The notes below the pieces were generated by a model that searched no databases, had not been told where the DNA came from, and saw nothing but the letters and a program-made list of their open reading frames with translations. Both the position numbers and the translations under genes were made by a program. A stretch of DNA of 64,000 bases from NCBI RefSeq assembly GCF_036321535.1, contig NC_087436.1:30196001-30260000 (forward strand), in the 5' to 3' direction. Of the stretch, positions 24,780 to 37,999 are shown in pieces. This DNA comes from Camelus dromedarius. Its lineage: Eukaryota. Numbering within the stretch: position 1 is the stretch's first letter; each line of letters opens with the position of its first letter.

Positions 24780-25072
24780 ATTTGGCTAACAGCAAAAGCT
24801 CTGGCATCTAAATGTCTATTTTTGAAACCTGGACCCCCTAGTCATCACCACTTTGACTTTAGTCTGACTACTGAACCCCACTTCTCTGTACCTCGGTTCC
24901 AAATCTGTGAGACAGGTAAACAGCACTAGCATCACAGGGTGGTTGTAGTAATTAAATAAGAAACTATAAGTGACTTTTGGCACTGAGTTTGGCTTCTATT
25001 ATGCCCTTTATCATTGGTAATTGATTGTTGTTATTATTATTATTGTTGTTGTTGTTGTTGTTATTGTTATTG
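24780..25072 (+). mobile_element. MIR SINE with (TTA)/(TTG) expanded tail
   Basis: CTCTGTACCTCGGTTCCAAATCTGTGAGA...CACAGGGTGGTTGTAG; tail 25021-25072. Confidence 0.75.
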
Positions 25073-27423
25073 CTTTATCTGAAAATGGCAGAGAGCTGTT
25101 TCAAATAAACACATTGAGGGAAATTTTCATGGATTATCAGTCTCAAATAGCATATAATTTACTGAAAATAATTTGAAGTCTCAAAGTATAGATTCATATT
25201 TTTGCAATTTAAAATGCCACTTAAAAGTGCATTTACAGTAATTATTTAAATCATAATTGGCAAATTCTACCATATATAATTTATTTTTGATTACATAGGT
25301 ATTAAGTGCTTTTCAGTTTATTTGAAGCACAATATTATATCAGGTTGAAAGTTTACTAAAATAGCTTAAAGCTTTCTGTAATATTAATTTGTTGAGCTTC
25401 ATAATTATGCCACATCATAGGCTGGGATCTGTGGTTAAAAAATGAGTAAGAATTGGGAAGATGGTCTGTTCCTTCTCTGAAATCATGGTATGCATGGGAT
25501 GGACAGAAATACAGAGAGATAAGTAAAACACTATATGATAAACATTATACATAAATATGCTAAAAACCCATGTAGATGTAAAAAACAAAATCTTGACCAC
25601 ACTAATTGTATCTGGCATGAAAAGGATCCCATGGAGGCATCAATAAAGTAGTAGTTTGGAGTCCATAAGGGTGAAAGAGAAACAGGATCTTAGGTAAGGA
25701 TTGATGGTCTGATGTAGAAAATGTGCAAAAGTATTCAAAATGCGTGGCACTTTCTTAGTAATCCTCATGCAGTATGTTAGATAGGATGCAGAGGTGACAA
25801 CAATGAGAACTTAGGTAAGACTTTTAAAAAGTGAAAGGAAAGAGAGACAGAAAGATTGACTGATTGACTGATTCATTCAAGTAGTCACATGAAATTGTGA
25901 TCAATCCAGAAGTAAATGAGTTTCACTTTGTCAAATTTTAATAATTTTTCCTCATCTTAAGCTATAAAACTTTTCTTGGATGAATATCATTAATCTGTCA
26001 GAAAAAAAATGAACACTTAAAGGGCTTGGGAAATAAAATAAAATCATGTTTTTTTCTCATTCATATCTCTAAATTTTATTCATCATATAAGGTTTATTTA
26101 AAATTGATGTATTAAGTAAATATGTATTGCATTGTTGTATATTCTGTCAGCTATTCTGTAAATTCACATCTAACATAATTAAGATCACTCCAGTTACACA
26201 GATTCAAATTCCCCTTGAGTGGGAAGTCATTTGGTAACATTTTATATGGTCTTTACCTTTAATCTTGTATGTGGAATTTAGAAAGCAAAACTCTTACTCT
26301 TAGAGTTTGAGCTTAGGTGAGTTAAAAGCAATGGCTTCCTACTTTCAGGGCTTGTTATTTGTTTGGACAGGTGTGCTATTAATGAACCACTCCAACCTAC
26401 TCTTAAGCAGAGATTCCTCCCCAGAGCCTACTAGGGAGTGTATGATCACTACTCCATCTCCCGACAAAGCCAGTACTGTCAGTGGACGTCAGGGTTAACC
26501 TATAGCTGTGTGACTCCTTGCCTTGTCTTTTTGAGATGAAAGTTCCATGGTGTGGTGAAAAACACTTGTCTCTCCTAACTAATGAGAAGCAAACCTATTG
26601 CTTCGGCAAAGATAGTGCAGAGAATGTGCCTCAGAGGGATCACTGAAACTATCCAGAAAACTATATTCAGTATCATTACAGATCTCAGTGCAGCATTTTT
26701 CATATTTTTACTTGAAAGGAGCATAAAACAGAATTTGAAAGCACATGGTGCAGACTGAAATCATTTACTCTAATGTAGATCATTATTTACCTACAAAGAA
26801 ATATTTTGCATAGTTATTTAATTTCAGATCTCATAAAACATCTGGGTTATTTGCACCATTTGGTTATCCAAGCACAGACTGCAGATTGGATCCCCAGACC
26901 CAACAGCTAGCTCTGTGCAGAAAAGAACCTAGTAACAAGAAGATTCATCAGGCCAGAATTCCAAGTTGAAAAGCAACAGTAAAAAATATATATACTTTTC
27001 TAATGCAGAGCCCTCGAGTGTAAGTAGAATTTGCACTTTCACTTGATTCACTAACTGCTGGAAACATTAAATGATATTTCTACATTTTCTTGTTCCTCTC
27101 CAATTCACTCCCTCTATTTTATTCAAAAAGATTTTTCTGGGAGTCAATTCTAAGAACTTTTCATGAAAATTGCTAAAATAGTTATGGCCAGAAATATGAC
27201 CTCCCCAGAAACTACCCCCTCCCCTATAACCAACTATAATGAACCAAAGCAAACCTAAAATACCACAAACCGTAATACACATGACCTATACAGTGTGATT
27301 TTGAGTAATTGGGAAGAGAAGAGCAGAAATCAGCATATAACCCTGTTTGAGAGCCCAGCAAATGAGCAGACATGCAAGTGGAACAATTTCTGAAAGGATC
27401 ACTGTAATATAGCCCAATACGTA

Positions 27424-27690
27424 CAGGTCCACATTCTGAAAACTTTTGATACACTTGTCTTTGAAAACTCAGAATATTTCCAATTTAAATAAGCAAAAGA
27501 CTTAATATACAGTATGTTTTATAACATCCCCAGTAGGATTGGGGATAGTAACTGTAGGAAAAATGTAAACAACATAAAAATCTTCATTTAAATTAAAGTT
27601 TATGTCAGATATGTAAATGAATTACCCCCAAGAAATCACTCTTAAGGTACTGATGGATTTCAGAAATGCAAATAAAGGACTGTGGACCTG
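27424..27690 (+). mobile_element. MER46C-like TcMar-Tigger MITE
   Basis: Terminal inverted repeats CAGGTCCACA / TGTGGACCTG flanked by TA on both sides; internal TAACATCCCCAGTAGGATTGGGG resembles MER46C. Confidence 0.88.
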
Positions 27691-28205
27691 TAATAAAAAG
27701 AAGTGAAGTTCTGGGAACAGTACTGGAGCTACTGAGAACAGCCATTTCTAAGCCTTTCTACCCCAGTGGGTGAGTAATAACATCAAAACTAAAGAAAAAA
27801 CCTTGCATCCACATGTTGAATATTTTTGCATAAACATCCTGTCCTAGCAGGAAAGATAAAGGACCAGAGATAAGAGTAATTATTGAAATCCAGAGAGTCA
27901 GTAAAAACAGAACCTTTGTAAGGAAAATAACCTTACTAATTTGTAACTTAACCATTTGTAATTTGACCATCAGAAATAATACAAACTGGGGGTTTCATTC
28001 TAATACAGTATTTCCTCCTTGAGACTGGCTCACTCAGAACTGGGGGAGCAAACAAAGCTGAAATCTAAGCAGTACACATGCATTGGGAAGGGTACATTCC
28101 CCAGTACTCACGAATGCTTTTTCTTTATAACTTTAAGATTCTCCCTTCATTCTTTCACAAAAATAAATTCAAATAAATACATTCAAGTACTTAAATTTAA
28201 AAGCA

Positions 28206-29137
28206 TCCAATGAAGGCATACAAATGACCAACAGGCACATGAAAAAATGCTCAATATTGCTAATTATCACAGAAATACAAATCAAAACTACAATGAGGCA
28301 TCATCTCACACCTGTCAGAATGGCCATCATTCAAAAGTCAAAAAATAATAAATGCTGGAGAGGATGTGGAGAAAGGGGAACACTCCTACACTGTTGGTGG
28401 AAATGAAAATTGGTGAAGCCACTATGGAAAACATGGAGATTCCTTAAAAAACTAAAAATAGACTTACCATATGATCCAGCAGTCCCATTCCAGTATATAT
28501 CGGAGGAAACCCTAATTTGAAAAGAAACATTCACCCCAATGTTCATAGAAGTACTATTTATAACAGCCAACACATGGAAGCAATGTGAATGTCAATCAAT
28601 GAATCACTGGATAAAGAAGCTGTGGTATATTTATACAATGGAATACTACTTGGCCATAAAAAAGAATAAAATAATGCCATTTGCAGCAACATGGATGGAC
28701 CCAGAGATTATCATACTAAATGAAGTAAGCCAGAAAGAGAAAGAAAATACCATATGATATCACTTATATGTGGAATGTAAAAAAAAAAGATGCACATGAA
28801 TTTATTTACAAAACTGAAACAGACTCACAGACATTAAAATATACCTATATATGGTTATATATGTATATATATGTGGGGGGAAAAGGGAGGGTGGAGGGAT
28901 AAATTGGGTGTTCAGGATTTGCAGATACTAATATATATAAAATAAATAACCAGGTCTTAGTGTATTGCACAGGGGACTCTATTTAATACCTTGTAATAGC
29001 CTATAATTAAAAAGAATATGAAAAGGAATACATATATAATATAAACACATACACACACGTATCACTATGTTGTACACCAAAATTAACACAAAATTGTAAA
29101 CTGTACTTCAATTTAAAAAAATAAAAATAAAAGCAAT
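28206..29137 (+). mobile_element. 5'-truncated L1 (ORF2 C-terminus + 3' UTR), camelid-type, frameshifted
   Basis: ORFs give NRHMKKCS...TPVRMAII...[17 protein letters not shown] and WIKKLWYIYTMEYYLAIKK; exact 13-bp TSD AAATTTAAAAGCA (28193-28205, 29138-29150) at a TT/AAA site. Confidence 0.97.
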
Positions 29138-30399
29138 AAATTTAAAAGCAGATTTGACAAAGGTATTAGAAAAATGATAGGTTGATGGTTTTACTTTCTT
29201 TGTGACCATAGTAAGGGTAAATTTTTGTTCACAAAGTCAGATATGCAACTACTGAATTATTTATGAATCAATTTTATTATCATTTCAAGCTCCTGATCAG
29301 CAGTTTGCTAGAAAAATAACCTCAATCATTTTGAGATCCTTCTTCCATGAAGTAGGTTTGCATCTAAGTTTGGAGTAGGGGATGGTGTTTGAGGGGTGCT
29401 ACATTTTCAAAGGAGCTCAGGTATTTCCCTAATGTCAAATGATGACAGAGGTCCCTACCCAGCATCCACCACTCAGCTGGTCCTCAGTTAGTGAGTCCTT
29501 AAAACTGACTGCATACTTGCTGTTCATTCCCGCTTCATGGACCCTACAGGTCTAAGAACCATTTCTTCTATTTTTATGTTAGTTTTTGGTACCCTACAAT
29601 AGTCCAGCGGCAAGCCCTGTGAATGTTGAGAGTAAAAGTTACCAGGCCATGAGGCTTTCTTGAGCCCTTTCCTGCTTATATATGCCAGGTATCATTTCAG
29701 TTTTGAGTTTACCCCAACCTCCATTAGGCTTTGCTTGGAAAATGTATCATGTATTCTTTTTGCATTCAGATCTGGTTCACCAAAGTCATTTAGGGGTGTT
29801 TGCCAAATCCCAGGCCTTCTATAGTATATACACCATAGAGTTCCTTTCCTAAGTTTTCATTATTTCCCCTCCATCAATCCCACAACCCTCCCAAGCAGAG
29901 ATTATTCTCTTTTGTTGTAGGGCAGAAGATGGGAAAAAACCTACTTTTTTCCATGACTTTGACCTGGACATCACCTTAATGGCCTAGGTCTTCTCATCAC
30001 AAAAGTCGGAGAAAAACACTTGTATTCTATTAGTGTGTTACAGTATCCCTTACATTTGGGCATAGAAAAGTCTGTCTGCTTGGATGAGGTAAAGAGAAGA
30101 ACGTTTTGCTGGAGAGGAAAAATAAAAACCATTGTAGAGCAAAAATCACCTCTGTTTATAATGTAACAATTAGCGTAAGAGTAATATGCAAAGCTGAGGA
30201 AGTATAAAGGAAAAGACAAATCATTTGCCCCTGATAACTCAAAAATTACATATAAAAATATAAAGTCATAGTCAATTGAGAAACTAGAAAAAGTCACATC
30301 TTCATATCACATTGAAAAAAAAGTTCTTCACATTACATTGACTATGGCATAAAATGTTAGTGTTTAATGTAAATATTTTGCTTACAAATATATCAAGAA

Positions 30400-30960
30400 A
30401 AGGAAGAAAAGCAATTGGAAATTGAATGAAAGCCATAAATATTCAATTCGAAAAATAAAATAAAATCTCAATAAATGTATTGAGTGTGTTTAAGCATATT
30501 AATCACCAAACTTAAAAATAGATAACCTTTATTTGCCTATCAGTTTGGCAAAGATAAAAATAACTATATATCTGAGAAAGTCAAGGGTGTGGGAAAACAG
30601 ACTCATTCATACGGTTCTAGACATATGCAAAAAGCATTAGAATAATTTAATAATATGTATTAAGACATTGTGTATGCATACACTGTTCCATAAATTTTGC
30701 TTTAGGCATATATTATCTCATATAATTTATAGTTGTTCAATATGGATACACATCACATAGTTAAAATTATCTAAAGTATCTGCAATAGCTTATTAAACCA
30801 ATTCTGATAATTTTATAAAATGAAAGACTTTTCTACCATTAAAAATTATGCTATAGACCTGCATTATGCATGTATACATTGGTACATATATATGTAAGAA
30901 TCTCAAGATAAAATATTCAGCAATTTAAAAAAGCTTCTTATAGAGTATAATCATACTAAT
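30400..30960 (+). mobile_element. Old L1 (L1ME-like) 3' fragment
   Basis: TTTGCCTATCAGTTTGGCAAAGATAAAAA...GGGTGTGGGAAAACAGACTCATTCATAC. Confidence 0.65.
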
Positions 30961-31619
30961 GAAAATGTGTTTGCTCAGTAAGTATTTTTCTAGCAGTACT
31001 GTGGATTAGAACCTGTTAGGAACTGGGGAGAAAATGTCAGTCACAGTAAGTACACTCTTTTCCTTATGCAGGTCACGGTTCAGTAGAGAAGAAAGGAAAT
31101 CATTAATAAATGGTCATAGACCCTCTATCATGGCTTCTCTTTATTTCACTTAAGCCTGCCTCTATATTCTGTATATTCATTCAAGAAATAATCTTCTAGG
31201 CACTGAAATTAGAGCTGTGGACAAAGTTTACATGGCATTACTCTTGTACATAGGAAAAAATATAATAAAGTCAGTTTGAAATTGAGTTTATAAATTTATG
31301 GATGCCATATATTCATTTGTCTCATTTACTTCTAGTACATCTTATTCTTTATTGCATACATGTAGCAAATAGCTCATTACAAGAAAGACCAAAATTCATG
31401 GCCTGTAAAAACTTTCAGTGTGTTGCATCATCACAGATAAGTTCAAGCTACTTTCTGAGAATAAGTATCCTTTACGATCTTTCCTAACCTCCAAATAACT
31501 AGGGTTATTTAACATTTTTTGTTATCATAAACTCTTGACTTTTCCAATTTGCTTTTTTTTTTTTTTTTTTTTTTGCAGATTTCAATGTATTTCCCATTTT
31601 CCTCATGCCTTAACTCAAT

Positions 31620-31960
31620 GTGTTTAATGTTCCTTCAGCCTGGAATAAATACCCTGCCCCAGTGTAGCTCCTTAAATCCAACCCAGTCTTAAATTTCTAG
31701 CTTTTATGCTGTTGATCTCCTAATCTCAAATTCCCCACAAATGTAATCTCAAACCTCCACTGAATCCTCACTGAATTTGGCCAGCACTGCTCTTGCTTTC
31801 ATATGGTATTTTTTTCTTTTTATTATAGAGCTTGTACACACATACACACACACACACAGACACAGACACATCCCTACATGTATTTGTACATGCATACACA
31901 TATAATTTCCTTTTTAAAACTACAATCTGCTTGAGGAGATGAATGGTTTAGTTAATTTCT
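31620..31960 (+). mobile_element. L2 3' region fragment
   Basis: TGTTCCTTCAGCCTGGAAT; AAACTACAATCTGCTTGAGG. Confidence 0.5.
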
Positions 31961-32004
31961 GATTTGTTCAAAAAAGTTATCACAGAAATCTAACATAATA
32001 TTAA

Positions 32005-32110
32005 ATACAACAAAAATGTATTGAGTATCTAATGCATGCCAAGTGTTATTCAAAGCACTGTATGGACACTGATTGATATAATAATTCCAAAAATATGTGC
32101 TGTTATTATC
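32005..32110 (-). mobile_element. L2 3' end fragment
   Basis: CAACAAAAATGTATTGAGTATCTAATGCATGCCAAG. Confidence 0.6.
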
Positions 32111-33231
32111 ACTGGAGAACATTAATCTTAATCTCTCAAGCATATATTTTGAATAGGTTTATTGAAAACAGCAGCACACATAGGGAAACATGCTTGTTTT
32201 TACCTCAATTCTTTAAAGCAGAAATCATGTAATATAATTTCCCTCACAATGACCATCATGGGTGAAGATCAGCCATTACAGGGCTGGTTATAAAAAAAAA
32301 ATAGGCCTCAGTTAAGCTTAATCCCCAGAGCCCTGGCTCCACCCTTTTCCAACTCGTTTTGCTTCACAAACATGCTAACATGTCATACTATTCATTTGAA
32401 CATCCAAACGATGAAACACCTGAAATAATCTACAAATGAAACCATCAAAATCTGTTTTTCTTTTACCTCAAAAATACTTCCCATGTTTCTAAATTGGCTA
32501 TCTATATTTTTAGTACTGCTATACTCCCTGCTCCTCGGAAAACATTATTTTTCTTATTTTTTCCTCCTTTTAAAAAATTAAATCCAGGCTTTAACTACAT
32601 TTTCTTGATTGCTCTCCCACAACACCCACCTTGTGCCTCCTTCAGGCCTCATAACTGAAACCTCAGGTCAAGTAGGTGAGGACTCCGTGTTGGAAGCATT
32701 AAACGATTGAGGTTGGGATTGCTCATTACCGTAAATGGGGGAAACAGGTCTTCGGGGATCCGAAGATCTATTAGTCACATAATGAAGCAGGACTAGGGAA
32801 TGGCTTTTCCTCTGTGGTGGCTGCAGTTTGTGGAGCCCTGCGGCCAAGCTCTCTTGCAGGCTCTCCGGGCCATAACTGCTCCCTTTCTTTCACGGATCCA
32901 CTCTATTTACTGTATTATTCTTGCCTAGCATAACCCTCTCCTTATTTATTGTGGGAAAATGATTTTGCCACATCATTCCCTGGCCTTCTTTCTTTTTTGT
33001 TGTGAAACAGCAACTGCAGCTGCTCCTTGAGAGCTTTAAAAACATCAATCATTTTCACAGCTAGAGGTAGAGTGATGAAGACTCAGCCTTTCCTTTTTTG
33101 TTTCCTTCTCATTTGAACTTGGTTCTTCTATAAGAACCACTTTTTTTTTTTTTTGTATAAATGGAAATGTGCTGGAGGAGATACAGAGTGAAATGTTAAG
33201 AATCTTTGCCTCTGCCTAAGATTGGAGATGG

Positions 33232-33866
33232 TGATGCAGGAAAATGTGGGGTGTGAGAGGATGGACGTGTCCCAGGTCTCTGCTGAGTCCCTGAGACCCG
33301 CCCCACCAAGTGTGGGTCCTTGGCTTCGCACAAGAACAAATTCAAGAGCGAGCCACCATAGAGTAAAGGCAGATTTATTTAGAGAGATACTGCATAGAGT
33401 GCAGGCTGTTTCAGAAGGCAAGAGAAAGGCCACGAGGTGTGGGGATTGGGAGCTCAGGTTAAAGTAAAAGTAGATACACACTCCACAGACAGAGTGCGGG
33501 CTGGCTTTCAGTCTCTCTCTCTCTCTCCCCCCACCCCCCAGAAGGGAGAGAGACCAGAGGTGAGGTGTTGCTGGGTTTCATGGGCTCGCTAACTTTGTAT
33601 GCTAACAAGTGGGCGAATTATTCCAACTACTTAGGGAAAGGAGGTGGAGTTCCAGGAATTAGGCAATCACCCCACCCTTTGACCTTTTAGGGTCAGCCTT
33701 AAAACTGTCCTGGCGCCTGTGGGAGGGCCATTTAGCAGCTATTGTATTTCAATGAGCGCATATTGAAGCTCAAGGTCTACAGAAAGCTGAATCAGCCACT
33801 GCCTTGGTGCTAACTGCTGTGTCATTCTTTCAGCGGCGATGCCCTGCCCCCTTCTCTCCTGTCTCA
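33232..33866 (-). mobile_element. MER41-like ERV1 solo LTR
   Basis: TG...CA ends with near 4-bp TSD ATGG/GTGG; GGGTCCTTGGCTTCGCACAAGAACAAATTCAAGAGCGAGCC, TATGCTAACAAGTGGGCGAATTATTC and AAACTGTCCTGGCGCCTGTGGGAG parallel reverse MER41. Confidence 0.85.
33650..33658. promoter_or_regulatory. GAS (STAT) motif TTCCAGGAA within the MER41-like LTR
   Basis: Exact TTCNNNGAA at the position matching the tandem GAS of MER41; function untested. Confidence 0.5.
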
Positions 33867-34839
33867 GTGGGAAGGGAAGGGAACAATTCTCTTCTCTCAC
33901 CCCATCGCTGTAGCTCTGTAATCCTTCCTGCCTCTGCGCTTCAACTACTTCTTTGGGCCATTTGCTGAATATTAGAACTCTCGGGACTTTACACCGTTTA
34001 AGGAAATAAGTTTTTCAAGTGGTATCAACTTGCTTATTTGAACCAGTTTTTCTTTTCCTGCACTTTGTGATTATAATATAAAAACGGCTCTCTTGCTCTC
34101 CCTCTTTTTTTCTTTTTAAAGAAAACTGAGTATATCTTTCTCACTTTTACACATCCTTAATATAAAATTCAAAGTAAATTTGAAAATTAAGGTTTTAGTC
34201 ATACTGTGGTGTTTCCTGAAGACCATAGTGAGGAATTCTCACCAAATCCCACGGGTGATGAGCAGACAATACAGGTTTATTTGTTCACTAAATCTCCTCT
34301 CAAATGCAATATGCTAATAATTTTAACCCTATGATACAGTAAGGACTCTTTATTATCTATTCAAAGACATCTCTTTCTCTTCAATTATTTCTCAGTGGCA
34401 GAACTTTAGGATCACTTAAGTTTGACATGTCGTAAGGTCCTCAATAGATGGAGGATGTAGTAAACTTAACTGTATTTGCACTTAGTAGAGTAATTAAGGA
34501 CATACTTTGAATAGAGCTCACTTTTACAAAAGTAAATCCACCACAGTGCATAGCATGGCTTGACCTTGGAAGTCAGTAAAAATACATAACTGATATATCA
34601 CATTGAAGCTTATTTTTATAGCCTTTGGGTAATTGCACAGGTGAGATTTCATGAGGTCAGGGACTATTAAGTTGCAATAGTAACAAAAAGCAGGGAGTGT
34701 TTGGAAGAAAAGAAGTAGGAGTAAAATATTTTAGTCTACGTTAAGTAGGATAAGTGTAAAAAACTGAACTTCAAGAGATAAAAGGGTGGGTGGAGAAGAA
34801 ATTTCTTGATGGAAGAAAGGAAACTGAATTTTTTATTTT

Positions 34840-34980
34840 GAAAATCTAGGTCTGTTCTCAGTTGTGATCATAACTAGTCATGTGATATTGAGAAAATCTC
34901 TTAACTTTTAGGATCTTTATTTCTCGTATACAAGAAAAAAAAATTAAAGAAGATTAGCTTCAAGGGTTTTCCAGTTCAGT
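34840..34980 (+). mobile_element. MIR3/MIRc fragment
   Basis: TAACTAGTCATGTGATATTGAGAAAATCTCTTAAC...AAGGGTTTTCCAGTTC. Confidence 0.6.
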
Positions 34981-35429
34981 TATCAAAATGCCTCTACGAT
35001 TTTTGAGAGGAACACTTGAGGTATAAAAGGCAGGGACAGAAAGTGAGAGTAAAGAAGTGAAAGAGATTTTCATATTCAAAGGGAGGTGCCTTATTAGTTT
35101 GTTTTTATTTTAAAGTGAAGAAAAAAAGATGTGTACACTGGAGAAAAGATAATTTTTCACAACTGGCTCTAAAAGATATGAATAAGGAAAGCATTAACAG
35201 AAAATACAGACATATAGTGTAGAATTAGCCAGAAAAGGGGAATACAGTAACACAGTTGTTAGTTTTATATATGCACAGACATAATATGTTAAACTATAAT
35301 ATATAAATTATATGTTGCATATCATATGCTAATAATATTTATATATAAATATAACACATGTATGAAAGGAATTAAAAGAAAAGTTATAAGGGAAGCAAAT
35401 TGAGGACTGTTTTCTCAATTTCTCAGAAT

Positions 35430-36030
35430 GGTTGAAAATTAGGCTGCTATTGAATGAGAAGACCAGAAATAGAGTTAAGGACATAGTGAATGTAACCATG
35501 TTTAGACAGAGCTTGCACGAGAAAAGAGGGGCTAGAGCAAGCCAAAATTGAGTGATTAAAAAGAAACAGAGATTACATTTGAAGATAGACAATATGAAAT
35601 TTACTGATACGTGTCAATACACTTTCTCTAAAAATTTCTCAACATCCACTCTCATGCATTTGAAGATAATAGAGAATACGTTCTTCAACTGGCTGACAAT
35701 ATTATCTTGGAGAGAAAATTGCATGAAGTCATTTTGATGGGTGATGTTTTCAGTCAGAGAACTGAGGTGAGACAAAGAACTTGAAGGGAATTTCCAATGA
35801 GACTAAAGAGTAGGTTTAAAGGAATTGCAGGAAGTTGGTTGAGGTTTCAGGTTTCAAGATGAAGAAAACAGTACAAATTGGAGTGGTGACAAGGTGTAAG
35901 GTATTGTCCCATCACAGTAGATGGTGGGGATAGGAGGTAATGGTCACTGAACCAGAGCAGGTAAAGGGCTTCTGAGTCAGGGCTTTGTTAAGGACACAAA
36001 TATAGCTATTAACATATCTGGGGTTTTCTT
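35430..36030 (-). mobile_element. Degenerate L2 fragment
   Basis: Purine-rich L2-antisense-like text (GGAGTGGTGACAAGG, GGAGGTAATGGTCACTG). Confidence 0.4.
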
Positions 36031-37999
36031 AGAGCAATACATAGAATGTTATATACTATAGATATATGTTATTGTTTTCAAAATATAAAGAAAACATCCA
36101 GGAGATTATTTTTTTTAAAAATAAGACTTATTATCATCCGTATACCCTTGAAGTATGTGCTGATGTCTAGTGGAGGAAATGGATAATAGGCACACATTGC
36201 ATAAATTTATAGATATACACAGCAATTAAGACTTGGAAAGATGAGAAACATGAAAATCTGAGAGAAAAACATGAGTAGCTGACCTAGATATAGATTTGTA
36301 ACACATTTTAGAAAAAAATCCCTATGAGGAACTGACAATTCTGATCTAAGATCAGACAAATGTTTAGGAATTAATGAAATGAAAGCTCAGAGAAAGAGTT
36401 CCTAGAAGTGGAGGCAAGAACTGTAGAATAATTTGCATCATTCTTGTTTGACTGGAGGGGAGCTCTAAATGAAACTCAATGATAAGTGGCTCTTTAAATC
36501 CCAATAAATATGAAAATAAACTCAAACTCTATATAGTAAATAATGTACGTGACCGAGTAGGCAAGGCTGTTTCCTCTTCTTTATATTTTGAATAACTATA
36601 GACCAGGAAGATTATTAAGATGTTTTCCATCTATATGATGCAGAAAAGAAAAGACATTGATTTAGATACTAGTAGAGAAATAGGAAGAAAATATATCAAT
36701 AATGAAAGTAGACGAACTCGCCTTGCTTCCTAAAAGCTCTAAATAATCTTCATTTAAAGGGGAAAACTAGAACCAGGCTGTTTAATAGAAGCAGGGTGTT
36801 AAACTGCCTTCCTAAGTACCAGATTATAATTTGCCTAGTTTAATTTTTCTTTACCGGTGGGATCTGCCTTTTTTCCAACAGTGTACCCTCCATTACCATC
36901 ATCTCTGACTCTCCATTCTGACATCTAAATGTAAGTGTCCTGAGCTATCAGAATTGCAAGGTTTCATTCAAGTTAGATCAAACTTGGACTGAACTGGGAC
37001 TGGACAGAGTCTTGGGACCCAATCCACCATTATTCAAAATGGATGATCAACGCATGAGAGATGACAGCTTCGGTGATTTGTACTCCTTGTGAGCTAGTGC
37101 TGTACTGGATGGTCTCTGTTCAGGTGGGGCTCATGATTTCCCTCAGAACTTCTCCTGGAAGCTTGATCCCTCCCACACCTGAAACTCCCCTTCCATAGTA
37201 AATATTACCAAGAGCAATGTACACATAAATATTTTTACCAAAGTTGAAGGTTGGTGGCTCATGACCATAGCTACAATATAAGTGCAATTTGGTAAGTACT
37301 TTTTTGCATTAATTTTGATTAAAGCATTGATTTCAGTACTTTGGTGGATAAAAGATTAGTATATTTCAAGGCATTTTTGCAACTCATTTTTAAGAAGACA
37401 GATAAACAGCTAATCGGGACATATCAAGAAAGGGTTACAAACTAAGCATAATAAAAGATCATAGAGGAAAATTTCACAGAGAACTCTTACCTGGAAGGTA
37501 TTTGAGATTGACCTTGAAAAGCTGGAATACTTTCATGTGATGGAACTGGGGATTAGGTAAATGCAATAACCTGAAATAAAGATTAAAGAATAAAGATCAA
37601 GGCCTTTTGTACTGTTGATTTACTCCCCTGGATGGTATGGATCTCTGAATTTAAATTTGATAATCACTGTATGAGAATGCTAGTTGAAATTAAAGAAATG
37701 AATAAAATTTCATTAAAAAAAAATACAGAGATGAAAGCAAAGAGACATGGTTCAGTGTATGAGTAAATCTCCTCAGCAACCAACAAACCTCTTTGATTTT
37801 TCCTCCCAGTCACTCTCCATACCTTCTTTCCCACTTCAAATGCCACAGTTCTGGAGTCTTTATATCAGGGAATGTATGTATTCTTCTGTGTTCAGTTTCC
37901 TTTGCACAATACTGGGTTTAAATGAATAATCCATACTGTTGCACAGTGATATGTAGTATTCTTTTTTACTATTTTAAAAATACCACTGAATAAAAGGCA

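Noticed and set aside
28224..28757. ORFs with strong protein-like sequence
   Set aside because: Frameshifted L1 ORF2 C-terminus in a 5'-truncated insertion, not a host gene
36340..36356. Short palindromes (TCTGATCT-A-AGATCAGA; also 627-640 and ~32749-32766)
   Set aside because: Arms of 7-8 bp are within chance expectation
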